Assembly (NCBI GenBank): GCA_017542065.1
Contig: JAFXXX010000008.1
Coordinates: forward strand, 14,444-78,443
Length of the DNA stretch: 64,000 nucleotides
Reading direction: 5' to 3'
Source: Bacilli bacterium
Lineage (GTDB): Bacteria; Bacillota_I; Bacilli_A; RF39; UBA660
In this document: positions 13,239 through 21,990 of the stretch, piece by piece
Position numbering within the stretch: position 1 is the first letter of the stretch
How the letters are laid out: every line of letters begins with the position of its first letter
The notes under the pieces: generated by a model
What the model was told of the DNA's origin: nothing
The model's input: the letters and a program-made list of their open reading frames with translations, nothing else
The model's database searches: none
Translations under genes and position numbers: made by a program

Positions 13239-15922
13239 CTATTTAAACTAATTACTCTTGTACATAGTAATCCTATAATAGCTACTTCTAATAATAGTAT
13301 ATAAGATAATACATTATCACCTGTCTTAGGAATAACAGGATCCTCTATTTTTTCATAAGATACTGATATAGTTACATCACTGTCAGGCATTACAAAACTA
13401 TTATTTTTAACTTCAATTTGATTACCATTTTCATCTAATACCTTAATAATAGTATTATATCCATCTTTATTAGTAACATTTAAATCTACTACAGATTTAT
13501 AAGGATATTTATCAGCATTAGTAGCTATATTTTCAGAACTATCTGAATCAATTATTACATTATGAATCTTAGTTACTTCATATCTATTATCAGGTAAAGT
13601 AACTACACCATATCCATCTTTTACATATACAATTGGATCATAAGTATATATTCCACCAGAAACAGCTTGAATAATTGTTTGTGGATCTTCTGCATCAATT
13701 ACCTCTGTACCAGTAGATATAAAATTACCATTTAATATTATTACCGAAACTTTATTAATATCATCTTCAGAATTATTCATAGGATTAGCTTCCACTACTG
13801 GAACTAATGCTTGTAAATTACCACCACTAATAACTACTTCTATTGGAAGTTTAGTATTATGTTGTGAAACAGCCAAAGCAGCTCCCACTGATGTAGTACC
13901 ACTAGCATTTGCACCAACATTATATACATTACTTGTACCAGTAATATTTCCTCCATTTATATATAATTTACTTGCTCTTATTTCAATACCTGTAGGTCCT
14001 GAAATATTACCACCATTAATAGTAGTTACACTATTTCTTTGTGGTAAATACATAGCTACTCCATTAGTAGCAATTAAATCTCCACCATTAATAGTAATAT
14101 TAGCGTTTCCACTATGTTCATTACCATTACCAGCTACAGCCATATCATAACCAATAATAGTTCCACCATTAACTGTTAAATCAGTATTTTCAAACATAGC
14201 AATACCTGCTGTATGTTCATTTAAACCTTCTATTCTTCCACCATTAATAACAGCAGAACAATTACCATAAAGATTAACTGTTTGATCATGTGTAGCATCC
14301 GATTTAACAAGACCACCATCCATTGTAAATGTAGAGTTTTCATATACTTGAATTGCTCTTCCATTTGTCGAATAAACAGTTCCATCTTTTATAATTAAAG
14401 TCTTTTCGTTATAGATAACGAATCCTTTATCACCAGTAGCAGTTCCTTGTACAGTACCACCATCTATTTCAGTAGTTTCATAGTTATATATTGCACCATG
14501 TAAACCTAATCCCTCAATAGTTCCACCTTTATGAATTAAATGTCCATTTGTAGATTCATTTTCTTTACCTACTATAACAGAAAAATTAGCATTTGATGTT
14601 ATCTTACCTGTTTGTGGATTAGATGAATCCACTATTGTAACTTTTTCAGTAATATTAATATTATTTTTCTTTAAAGTAATAGTATGTCCATTTAGATCTA
14701 ATACAGCTTCTTTATTCATTACAAGTGGTGAATAAATAATAACATCTCTTTCAAGTTTTATATTACCACCTATAGCACAAGCGTCAGCTAGAGACATTAA
14801 TCCAGGAATACCATCTACAGATGCAGCTGTATTAGGATCAACATATGTCCAATGAGCATAATAAGTTACTGTTTCTATAGGTAATGTACTTTCATTTATT
14901 TGAGTTCCATCATATTCTTCAGTAAACCATCCATCAAATTCATAATCATTTCTTTCAGGTACTGGTAATTCTCCAACAGGATTACCTATATACATTTTCT
15001 TATATGTTGTAGATATAGTTCCTCCTGTAGGATCAAATGTTATAGTAATTCTATTAGTAGGATCTATATAACCATATAATGTATTGTATGTTTTTCCACT
15101 ATCAGTATCAGTATAAGTACCATCTTTCTTTACACTATCATCTTCCATTTCGTTAAGTAAAGTTTGGCTTCCATCATTTACATAAGTTGGAGTTAAACCA
15201 GTTTTTGTAACTTTACCAGTAATATTACTTGATACACTACCAATAATACCATCATAGAAATTATATGAAGTAGCAGCTATAATACCGTAATTTTTGCCTA
15301 AAATTTTTGGTGTATTTGTATTAAAATCATAATCTTTAGTACCAATATTTATTAAACCATTTTCATTATAAATAGCATAAGAATCCTTAGCTATAATAGT
15401 ACCACTAGTAATATTAATAGTACCATTATTTAAGTTATGTAAAGTTGCTCTTTCATTAGTACTTGATTCTAATTTAGCAGTACCACCAATATTTAGAGTT
15501 CCACCATCATTATATATTGATTGTCTTTTACCAGTAGCTATATAATTACCGTCATTAATAGTTAATTTACCAGATGAATTATTATTAATCATACCTGATT
15601 TTTTATCAGAAGTAACAGTACCATTAGTTATTACTAATGTACCATTATTAACAATAACAGTAGCATTTGCACTTGTATTTCTTAGTGTATGATTACCTAA
15701 ATCTAAAATAATATTTTTACCTTCAGGTATTGTAATATTATCACCTAAATCTTTTAATAAAGTAATAGTAGTTTGAGTATTACCTGCAGCAGCAAGAGCT
15801 AAATCAAATGTTTCATAGCCATTATCCCCTATGGCATAGTTATCACTTGCACTAGGCGCAGCTTTAACACCAGTAATACAAAACAAAAATAATAAAATGA
15901 ATAATACTATTTTCTTTTTCAT
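13226..15922 (-). CDS. Cell-wall-sorted surface protein: signal peptide, two beta-helix units, one Listeria-Bacteroides repeat and a C-terminal sorting signal (898 aa)
   Basis: MKKKIVLFILLFLFCITGVKA signal peptide. ITIPEGKNIILDLGNHTL and VMNKEAVLDLNGHTITL are beta-helix entry motifs. ITITFDPTGGT...NDYEFDGWFTE...YYAHWT is the Flg_new repeat. The C-terminus VIPKTGDNVLSYILLLEVAIIGLLC-TRVISLNRKDV is an LPXTG-like motif plus a TM segment plus a basic tail. Confidence 0.85.
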   Translation of the reverse strand: MKKKIVLFILLFLFCITGVKAAPSASDNYAIGDNGYETFDLALAAAGNTQTTITLLKDLGDNITIPEGKNIILDLGNHTLRNTSANATVIVNNGTLVITNGTVTSDKKSGMINNNSSGKLTINDGNYIATGKRQSIYNDGGTLNIGGTAKLESSTNERATLHNLNNGTINITSGTIIAKDSYAIYNENGLINIGTKDYDFNTNTPKILGKNYGIIAATSYNFYDGIIGSVSSNITGKVTKTGLTPTYVNDGSQTLLNEMEDDSVKKDGTYTDTDSGKTYNTLYGYIDPTNRITITFDPTGGTISTTYKKMYIGNPVGELPVPERNDYEFDGWFTEEYDGTQINESTLPIETVTYYAHWTYVDPNTAASVDGIPGLMSLADACAIGGNIKLERDVIIYSPLVMNKEAVLDLNGHTITLKKNNINITEKVTIVDSSNPQTGKITSNANFSVIVGKENESTNGHLIHKGGTIEGLGLHGAIYNYETTEIDGGTVQGTATGDKGFVIYNEKTLIIKDGTVYSTNGRAIQVYENSTFTMDGGLVKSDATHDQTVNLYGNCSAVINGGRIEGLNEHTAGIAMFENTDLTVNGGTIIGYDMAVAGNGNEHSGNANITINGGDLIATNGVAMYLPQRNSVTTINGGNISGPTGIEIRASKLYINGGNITGTSNVYNVGANASGTTSVGAALAVSQHNTKLPIEVVISGGNLQALVPVVEANPMNNSEDDINKVSVIILNGNFISTGTEVIDAEDPQTIIQAVSGGIYTYDPIVYVKDGYGVVTLPDNRYEVTKIHNVIIDSDSSENIATNADKYPYKSVVDLNVTNKDGYNTIIKVLDENGNQIEVKNNSFVMPDSDVTISVSYEKIEDPVIPKTGDNVLSYILLLEVAIIGLLCTRVISLNRKDV

Positions 15923-15992
15923 AATACTCTTTCTACCTTTCTACATACTTAACTTCATATTATCACAAAATAAAGATGTATTCAATAAAAAT

Positions 15993-16020
15993 AAAAAATG
16001 ATAGACACTTCTATCACTTT
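15993..16020 (-). terminator. Rho-independent terminator after the alpha/beta hydrolase gene
   Basis: Minus strand TGATAGA-AGTG-TCTATCA followed by TTTTTT. It overlaps the stop region. Confidence 0.6.
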
Positions 16021-16706
16021 TTTATATTCTTATCCAGATATTTTTCAACTTCATTATTAAACTCTTCAGGATTCTTATTCGCTATATGATGTGGTCCTTC
16101 AATAATCTTAAATTCTGAATTAGGTAAACTATCAGCTATTAACCTTGAATGTTTTTCTTTAATCATATCCTTTGTACCAACAATAACAAGTGTCGGAACT
16201 TTAATAGATGATAAATCTCTATAATCAATATTTGGTTCATTAACCATTAATCCTAACATTTCTGCTTTTAATTTTGCTTCTTCAGATTTTTTTGAAGAAA
16301 GTTTAGCAATTCTATATCCTATTTCAATAGGAATTTGAACTGATTTTTTTACGCCTTTAGTAGTTAAATCTGCCCCGTTTAGTATTAATACATCAATCAT
16401 ATCAGAATATTTTAATGCAAATTTTATTGCTATATTAGCACCATCAGAAAAACCAAGTAATATCATTTTTTTGATTTTTAAATCATCTAAAAGATCTTTT
16501 AAGTCTTCAACAAACTGATCCATAGTAAATGGCGCAGTCCCCCTAGGAGATTTACCATGGCCTCTAGTATCTACAGTTATTACTCTATATTTACTTGAAA
16601 AATAATCAACTTGATGTTTAAAATAAGACCCATCATCCCCATTACCATGTAATAAAACTAATGGGATTCCTTTTCCTTTTTCTTCATAATATAGTTTTAT
16701 ATCCAT
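16014..16706 (-). CDS. Alpha/beta-fold hydrolase
   Basis: LVLLHGNGDD (oxyanion region) and the GFSDGA nucleophile elbow (GxSxG). Size is 230 aa. Confidence 0.75.
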   Translation of the reverse strand: MDIKLYYEEKGKGIPLVLLHGNGDDGSYFKHQVDYFSSKYRVITVDTRGHGKSPRGTAPFTMDQFVEDLKDLLDDLKIKKMILLGFSDGANIAIKFALKYSDMIDVLILNGADLTTKGVKKSVQIPIEIGYRIAKLSSKKSEEAKLKAEMLGLMVNEPNIDYRDLSSIKVPTLVIVGTKDMIKEKHSRLIADSLPNSEFKIIEGPHHIANKNPEEFNNEVEKYLDKNIKK

Positions 16707-16714
16707 ATTATTCT

Positions 16715-16800
16715 TTCCTTTCTAAAACCATAACACTTTCAACATGCCTAGTATGCAGTCAACGAACATATCGTTTAACCATGTATTTGGTCAACGAACA
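16715..16800 (-). pseudogene. Relic of the 3' end of a RumA-type methyltransferase gene, with an internal 15-nt direct repeat
   Basis: The minus strand reads ...HTRHVESVMVLERKE*, versus the end of the intact gene at 17370: ...ETSHVETVMVLEKKN*. At the DNA level, ttctaaaaccat is identical in both and 15 of the following 21 nt match. gtcaacgaacatatc occurs twice (16758-16772 and 16781-16795). Confidence 0.45.
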
Positions 16801-16810
16801 TATCATTTTT

Positions 16811-17323
16811 TTATTTTAATAATTTTTTATATACTTTTACCGCTTCAGTTATTTCTCTATCAAAAAAAACTGATCTAGGATTGGATTTATCACATAAATG
16901 TTTACTTATCTTTTCTATATCTACTAATTCAAGTGAAAAATTATCTTTTTTTTCTTTCTCAGTCATTTGTTTATTGCCATTATCTATTCCCCTAAATGTG
17001 CCATAGTAAAAATAAGTCTTGCTCAATCTATTTAAGACTGTGTTTTCTCGTGTTGGATAATTAGGTTGAAAGTATTCTAGTAAAAACAACTCATTTAATT
17101 CATTCTCACTATATATAATTCCTGTTTCCTCATGTAATTCTCTTATTAATCCTTGTAAATTTGTTTCGCCTTTATCAGTTTTTCCTCCGGGAAGCATAAC
17201 TGCTCCTCCATAATTACATATTAACAATTGTTTTTTTAAAACTAATAACGCTCTTACCTTTATGTTTATTTTATCTATTTGATTCTCTTTTAAATTTTCT
17301 TCATTAATAATTATTCTTTCCAT
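16811..17323 (-). CDS. NUDIX hydrolase
   Basis: Nudix box GGKTDKGETNLQGLIRELHEETGI. The start was moved from the track's GTG (17332) to ATG 17323, which lies 8 nt after GGGAG. Confidence 0.85.
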   Translation of the reverse strand: MERIIINEENLKENQIDKINIKVRALLVLKKQLLICNYGGAVMLPGGKTDKGETNLQGLIRELHEETGIIYSENELNELFLLEYFQPNYPTRENTVLNRLSKTYFYYGTFRGIDNGNKQMTEKEKKDNFSLELVDIEKISKHLCDKSNPRSVFFDREITEAVKVYKKLLK

Positions 17324-17369
17324 ATTACACACTCCCTGATTTATTTAAATATAGCATATAATTATATAA

Positions 17370-18575
17370 TTAATTCTTCTTTTCTAAAACCATGACCGTT
17401 TCCACATGCGAAGTCTCTGGAAACATATCAAATAAATCTATACTCTTTAGACTATATTGTTCTTTTAATACATTATAGTCTCTTGCTAAAGTAACTGGAT
17501 TGCAGGATATGTAAATAATCTTTTTAGGATTTATTTTCATAATAGATGTTAATGATTTGTTATCAGAACCACTTCTAGGAGGATCCATAATCACAGTATC
17601 TACCTTTAACTCTTTTAATAAATCTATTTTATCTTCTACTTTTCCTTCAATAAACTCTACATTAGTTATTTCATTTAGTTTTAAATTTTCATTAGCATCC
17701 TCTATAGATGAATGACTAACTTCTATACCATATACTTTATTAAAATATTTAGACATAAGTATAGATATAGTTCCAGTTCCAGAATATAAATCTAATGCAG
17801 TTTCTTCATTATCAAGCTTACTTATTACATATTTATATAGTTCCTTAAATGTAACGGTATTTACTTGGAAAAATGATTCTGGTGAAACATAGAATTTATA
17901 ATCTTCAATTGTTTCTATTAAACTCTTGTTACCGGATATTAATTCTCCATTAATATAAATAGACTCGTTATGGAATAAAGTTAATAATTCATCTTTATAT
18001 ATAGGGTTTAAATTATCAAATGAAATCATTATTTCATTTGAAATAGATCTAATCATTATTTCAGTAATATTATGATCCTTATTTTGAATAAAACCTCTTA
18101 AAATAGTTATTACTTCATTTATTTTATTATCTAGTAATAAACAATTATCAATATCTACTATATTATGAGTTTTTTCCTCATAGTAACCTAGTTCATTATT
18201 ACTTACTTTTAAAGTAACTTTATTTCTATAATTTAATTCATTAAATGAATATATTTCGGGATTAATATCTAGTTCACATATTTTCTTAAATATACCCTTT
18301 ACTTTATCTTGTTTGAATTCTAAATTCTTATTATTTACTTGGTGCATTAATTCACATCCACCACATTTATCATAATAAGGGCATTTAGGTATTACTCTAT
18401 TTTCTGATGAAGTTACTACATTTAATAACTTACCTATAAAATAATTTCCTTTATCTTCGATTATTTCTATGTTAACTAATTCATTAGGTAAAGCACCCTT
18501 AATAAAACATAGTTTACCATCAATAGATGCTATACCTTCTCCTTCATTATTTAATCTTAATATTTTTACTTCCAT
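17370..18575 (-). CDS. 23S rRNA (uracil-5-)-methyltransferase, RumA/RlmCD family
   Basis: N-terminal TRAM-like domain, 4-Cys cluster CPYYDKCGGCELMH, SAM-binding LDLYSGTGT, then DPPRSG and ISCNP motifs. Confidence 0.85.
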   Translation of the reverse strand: MEVKILRLNNEGEGIASIDGKLCFIKGALPNELVNIEIIEDKGNYFIGKLLNVVTSSENRVIPKCPYYDKCGGCELMHQVNNKNLEFKQDKVKGIFKKICELDINPEIYSFNELNYRNKVTLKVSNNELGYYEEKTHNIVDIDNCLLLDNKINEVITILRGFIQNKDHNITEIMIRSISNEIMISFDNLNPIYKDELLTLFHNESIYINGELISGNKSLIETIEDYKFYVSPESFFQVNTVTFKELYKYVISKLDNEETALDLYSGTGTISILMSKYFNKVYGIEVSHSSIEDANENLKLNEITNVEFIEGKVEDKIDLLKELKVDTVIMDPPRSGSDNKSLTSIMKINPKKIIYISCNPVTLARDYNVLKEQYSLKSIDLFDMFPETSHVETVMVLEKKN

Positions 18576-18582
18576 AAATCAC

Positions 18583-19329
18583 CTATAAAAGATATAAGAA
18601 TATACCAAAGAAATGACATGCAGTTCCTAGTAAGCAAAATACATGAAATACTGAATGCATATATTTCTTTTTAGAACCTACTCCATAAAGAATAGATCCT
18701 AGTGTATATATAATACCTCCTGCTAGTAAGAAGATAACACCATTCATTCCCATACTTTGTTTTAATTTAGATAAGCCAAATAATATTGACCATCCATTTA
18801 TTAAATGACATATTACTTCGACTACTTGGAATCTATCTACTCCGATAGATGTAAATACTATTCCTAGTATAGTTACTCCTGTAACTATACCAAATAATGT
18901 CCATCCAAGAGCACCTCCTACACCAAGTAATGCAGCAGGTATATAAGTACCACATACAAGTAAATATACATTGCAATGATCTAATACTCTAAGTACTTTT
19001 TTACCTTCTAAAGAAGGAGATAAAGCATGATAAATACATGATAATGTATAAAGCATTATCATAGTAGCTCCAAATAAAGATACACATACTTCTGCTAAAG
19101 CAGTTTTAGCTCTTACAGTCATTAATACTAGATAAGCAACAGCAAGTAAAGCTCCTACTCCATGAGAAATAGAATTAAATAATTCTTCTCCTAAAGAATA
19201 TTTAGGTAATTTAATATTTAATTTTTTCTTTTCTTTTTCAGTTTTATATTTATCAACTAAATCTATTATTTCTTTAGCTTCTTTATCTTTAATATTATAT
19301 TTCTTTTCTAATAGTCTTTCTAATGTCAT
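18583..19329 (-). CDS. Hemolysin-III / PAQR-family membrane protein
   Basis: Seven hydrophobic segments. NSISHGVGALLA and a C-terminal HSVFHVF (HxxxH) are typical of the family. Confidence 0.8.
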   Translation of the reverse strand: MTLERLLEKKYNIKDKEAKEIIDLVDKYKTEKEKKKLNIKLPKYSLGEELFNSISHGVGALLAVAYLVLMTVRAKTALAEVCVSLFGATMIMLYTLSCIYHALSPSLEGKKVLRVLDHCNVYLLVCGTYIPAALLGVGGALGWTLFGIVTGVTILGIVFTSIGVDRFQVVEVICHLINGWSILFGLSKLKQSMGMNGVIFLLAGGIIYTLGSILYGVGSKKKYMHSVFHVFCLLGTACHFFGIFLYLL

Positions 19330-19331
19330 AA

Positions 19332-20153
19332 TTATCCTCCGTAATTCCTATTATAATTAAATATATATTGAAGAATAACTCCAGAGTATTCTCCATATCT
19401 ATCATAGATAAAATTATTAATTTTATCTATTCCTTCAATATTATATTTTTCTTTCATATATTTTTTAACCCATGTATCCACAGGAAAAACATCTCTTTTT
19501 TTATAACTAAATAAAAGTATACAAGAAGCAACTTTTATACCTATTCCTTTATAACTAGTTAAATAATCTAATGCTTCTTTTGTAGTCATATTATCAATTG
19601 AATCTACATCTAATTTGCTATGTATTAAATCATATATATACTGATCTCTAAAACCACATTTAACTTCTCTTAAATCTTTAGTAGAAGCATTCATTAAAGA
19701 TTCTCTTGATGGAAATAAGTAATACTCTTTACCTTCAAATAATACTTTTTCTCCATATCTTTTAGATATATGATCTAATGCACTTTTAATATTTGGAACA
19801 CTATTATTAGTAGATAACATATAACTAATAATTGCTTCAAACTTAGGCTCATTAATTATCTTTAAACCTTTAGAATAGTCAACTACTTCTTTTAAATCAT
19901 TATCTTTTTTTAATATTTCTTTATTAATAGATTCATAATCTTCATTTAAATCAAAGTATTCTTTTATTACTTCTTCTAAGTTATTATCATTTGATGATTT
20001 AACTATTAACTCATCATTTACTTTTTTAACATTAATAACTCTATCAGGTAATATTACTGTGTATGAATTATCTTCTTCTATTTCATATCTAAATATTTGA
20101 CCACATGTAATAGTACTATCTAAATCAAAATAATTATTTAGTTTAATAGTCAT
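19332..20153 (-). CDS. ogg: 8-oxoguanine DNA glycosylase / HhH-GPD family (Ogg-like)
   Basis: TITCGQIFRY N-terminal motif, HhH element YKGIGIKVASCILLF, then FPVDTWV (catalytic Asp). The start was moved from TTG 20165 to ATG 20153 (GGTGA, 5 nt, ATG). Confidence 0.75.
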   Translation of the reverse strand: MTIKLNNYFDLDSTITCGQIFRYEIEEDNSYTVILPDRVINVKKVNDELIVKSSNDNNLEEVIKEYFDLNEDYESINKEILKKDNDLKEVVDYSKGLKIINEPKFEAIISYMLSTNNSVPNIKSALDHISKRYGEKVLFEGKEYYLFPSRESLMNASTKDLREVKCGFRDQYIYDLIHSKLDVDSIDNMTTKEALDYLTSYKGIGIKVASCILLFSYKKRDVFPVDTWVKKYMKEKYNIEGIDKINNFIYDRYGEYSGVILQYIFNYNRNYGG

Positions 20154-20169
20154 TTCAATCACCAATAAT

Positions 20170-20178
20170 ATTTTACCA
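20170..20178 (-). promoter_or_regulatory. Extended -10 promoter (TGGTAAAAT) for the ogg operon
   Basis: Minus strand TTTTTTTGTGGTAAAAT, immediately after the REC-gene terminator. Confidence 0.45.
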
Positions 20179-20180
20179 CA

Positions 20181-20205
20181 AAAAAAGAATAATTAATTAT
20201 TCTTT
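20181..20205 (-). terminator. Rho-independent terminator after the REC gene
   Basis: Minus strand AAGAATAA-TTAA-TTATTCTT followed by TTTTTT. It overlaps the stop codon. Confidence 0.6.
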
Positions 20206-20603
20206 CTTAATTCAATAGCTTTAGTAACTACATCCTCTATTTGTTTTACAGAGAATGGTTTAAGTAATATAGCAGCTACATTATAAGTTCTAACTTTACC
20301 TATTATTTCTGGAGCTTCTTCACCAGTAATAATACATACAGGAACTTTTTCTAATATACCTTTACCTTGGAAATAATCTAATACTCCAAATCCATCTACA
20401 TTTGGCATATTTAAATCTAGTAAAATAGCTACTATTGTTCCTTCAGGCATAATATCTACCATATCCATAGCTTGTTTACCATCAGAAGCCATCATTACTT
20501 TATATTTATCTTTATAAACATGTTCTATTAAGTTTCTAGTTATATTAGAGTCATCTACTACTAATATAGTTTTTTCACTAATAATTGGATTAAATGTTTC
20601 CAT
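20193..20603 (-). CDS. Stand-alone response-regulator receiver (CheY-like) protein
   Basis: ILVVDDSNITRNL (DD pair), LLDLNMPNVDG (phospho-acceptor Asp), ITGEE (Thr) and LLKPF (Lys). There is no output domain. Size is 136 aa. Confidence 0.85.
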   Translation of the reverse strand: METFNPIISEKTILVVDDSNITRNLIEHVYKDKYKVMMASDGKQAMDMVDIMPEGTIVAILLDLNMPNVDGFGVLDYFQGKGILEKVPVCIITGEEAPEIIGKVRTYNVAAILLKPFSVKQIEDVVTKAIELRKNN

Positions 20604-20605
20604 AA

Positions 20606-20962
20606 TTACCTCCCTAAATATTTCTTTCCTATTTCTTCAAATTTATTAATTTCTGCTATAAAAGCACCAAAATTATTTATTATGAAATCTTTATTACTTT
20701 CTTTACCAGCCATTTCATTAGCTAAAGCAATATCTATTAATGATACAAAGCCTAAGTATTTAGCATCACTCTTAATTGAATGTGATAATATACCATAGTT
20801 TTCAAAATCATCATTATTTCTATATTCTAATAATTTATTCTTATTTGCATCAATGTTATTTAAGAATTCTCCTAAAGTTTCGTTGTAGAATTCCATATCT
20901 CCTAGAAGTTCTATACCTCTATTAACATCTACACCATTATTTGTTAGTATACTTGTATCCAT
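20606..20962 (-). CDS. Stand-alone histidine phosphotransfer (HPt) domain protein
   Basis: The HPt signature around the phosphorylatable His is ILSHSIKSDAKYLGF (HxxKG-type). The helical 118-aa protein lies 2 nt upstream of the REC gene. Confidence 0.7.
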   Translation of the reverse strand: MDTSILTNNGVDVNRGIELLGDMEFYNETLGEFLNNIDANKNKLLEYRNNDDFENYGILSHSIKSDAKYLGFVSLIDIALANEMAGKESNKDFIINNFGAFIAEINKFEEIGKKYLGR

Positions 20963-20985
20963 ATAACCCTCCGTCTACTATATTA

Positions 20986-20994
20986 ATTATAACA
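20986..20994 (-). promoter_or_regulatory. Extended -10 promoter (TGTTATAAT) for HPt-REC
   Basis: Minus strand ...TTATTATGTTATAATTAATATAGTAGACGGAGGGTTATATG. Confidence 0.5.
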
Positions 20995-21008
20995 TAATAA
21001 GAAAACAA

Positions 21009-21040
21009 TAAAAAAAATAAATGTATAGTTTACATTTATT
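21009..21040 (-). terminator. Rho-independent terminator after the 258-aa membrane protein gene
   Basis: Minus strand AATAAATGTA-loop-TACATTTATT followed by TTTTTTT. Confidence 0.55.
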
Positions 21041-21812
21041 TATTTTTATAGAATAAGTATCCGTTATCTACTTTATCAAATTCCATATCTCTTTTACGTC
21101 TTATAGTTTTTACTTTATTATAAGCTTTTCTAGATTCTTCTGCTGTTTCATCTAATCTAAACTTATCTCCTATTTTATTATAAAATTTAGTAGCAGTAAA
21201 AAGATTTGATAAAGATATACCTGCAAATGAGGCTATCATTAATTCTCCACAAGCCGCATTCTTCTTATCTATATAAGCTTGTTCATCTTGTCTAAGTTTT
21301 CTTTTAAACTCTTTATCAGATTCTTTATATACAATTGTTTCAATGCCACCTACATTTACTGGTTCCATGCTATATGTACCAATAGTAACTGGTCTACCTA
21401 ATACTTCTTCTATAGGTTTTATATTATCAGAAACAACTTTATATGAATCATAATTTATATTATCACCTGTATATAAATCATATGTAACTGCATACATTCC
21501 ATCATGTTTAGTACATCCTTTATATACTTTTAAATAACTATCTCCTTTTTCTACTGGATCAATATAATTTATAGTTTCATTACCATTAGAATCAACAGTT
21601 ATTTCTTCTAAATATTTATCAGTTACTTCTTTAAACTTAGCTTCATAAATATTCTTTATTATTAAAGGTCCACCTAAAAAATATGGTGATAATGATAATA
21701 ATAAAGATAATGTAGACACTTTTACAGCTGCTATAATATTCTTTCTATGACAATAATTAAATTCTTTTTCAGCCATAGCTAGTTCTTTATTTATTCTAGT
21801 TAAATTACTCAT
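21036..21812 (-). CDS. Hypothetical two-TM membrane protein (258 aa)
   Basis: ORF with a strong SD (GGGGGAGAATT-ATG at 21812). The track start at 21833 falls 4 nt after the -10 box and is rejected. Two hydrophobic segments flank a ~140-aa loop. No recognisable family. Confidence 0.55.
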   Translation of the reverse strand: MSNLTRINKELAMAEKEFNYCHRKNIIAAVKVSTLSLLLSLSPYFLGGPLIIKNIYEAKFKEVTDKYLEEITVDSNGNETINYIDPVEKGDSYLKVYKGCTKHDGMYAVTYDLYTGDNINYDSYKVVSDNIKPIEEVLGRPVTIGTYSMEPVNVGGIETIVYKESDKEFKRKLRQDEQAYIDKKNAACGELMIASFAGISLSNLFTATKFYNKIGDKFRLDETAEESRKAYNKVKTIRRKRDMEFDKVDNGYLFYKNK

Positions 21813-21836
21813 AATTCTCCCCCAAATATGCAAGAT

Positions 21837-21865
21837 ATATTACTATAAAACCCCTGAAAAGTCAA
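21837..21865 (-). promoter_or_regulatory. Sigma-A promoter for the 258-aa gene
   Basis: Minus strand TTGACT (21865-21860), 17 nt, TAATAT (21842-21837). Confidence 0.55.
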
Positions 21866-21886
21866 AAACTAGAGATACCTCTAGTT
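21864..21886 (-). terminator. Terminator after tRNA-Arg
   Basis: Minus strand AACTAGAG-GTAT-CTCTAGTT followed by TTTTG. Confidence 0.55.
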
Positions 21887-21895
21887 ATTATTAAA

Positions 21896-21972
21896 TGGCG
21901 TCCCCGACTAGAATCGAACTAGCGACCTATTGCTTAGGAGGCAATTGCTCTATCCTACTGAGCTACGAGGAC
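21896..21972 (-). tRNA. tRNA-Arg (anticodon CCT), CCA encoded
   Basis: The hand-folded cloverleaf is GTCCTCG-TA-GCTC-AGTAGGATA-GAGC-A-ATTGC-CTCCTAA-GCAAT-AGGTC-GCTAG-TTCGATT-CTAGT-CGGGGAC-G-CCA. Confidence 0.95.
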
Positions 21973-21990
21973 ATAAAAAAACTATACTAA

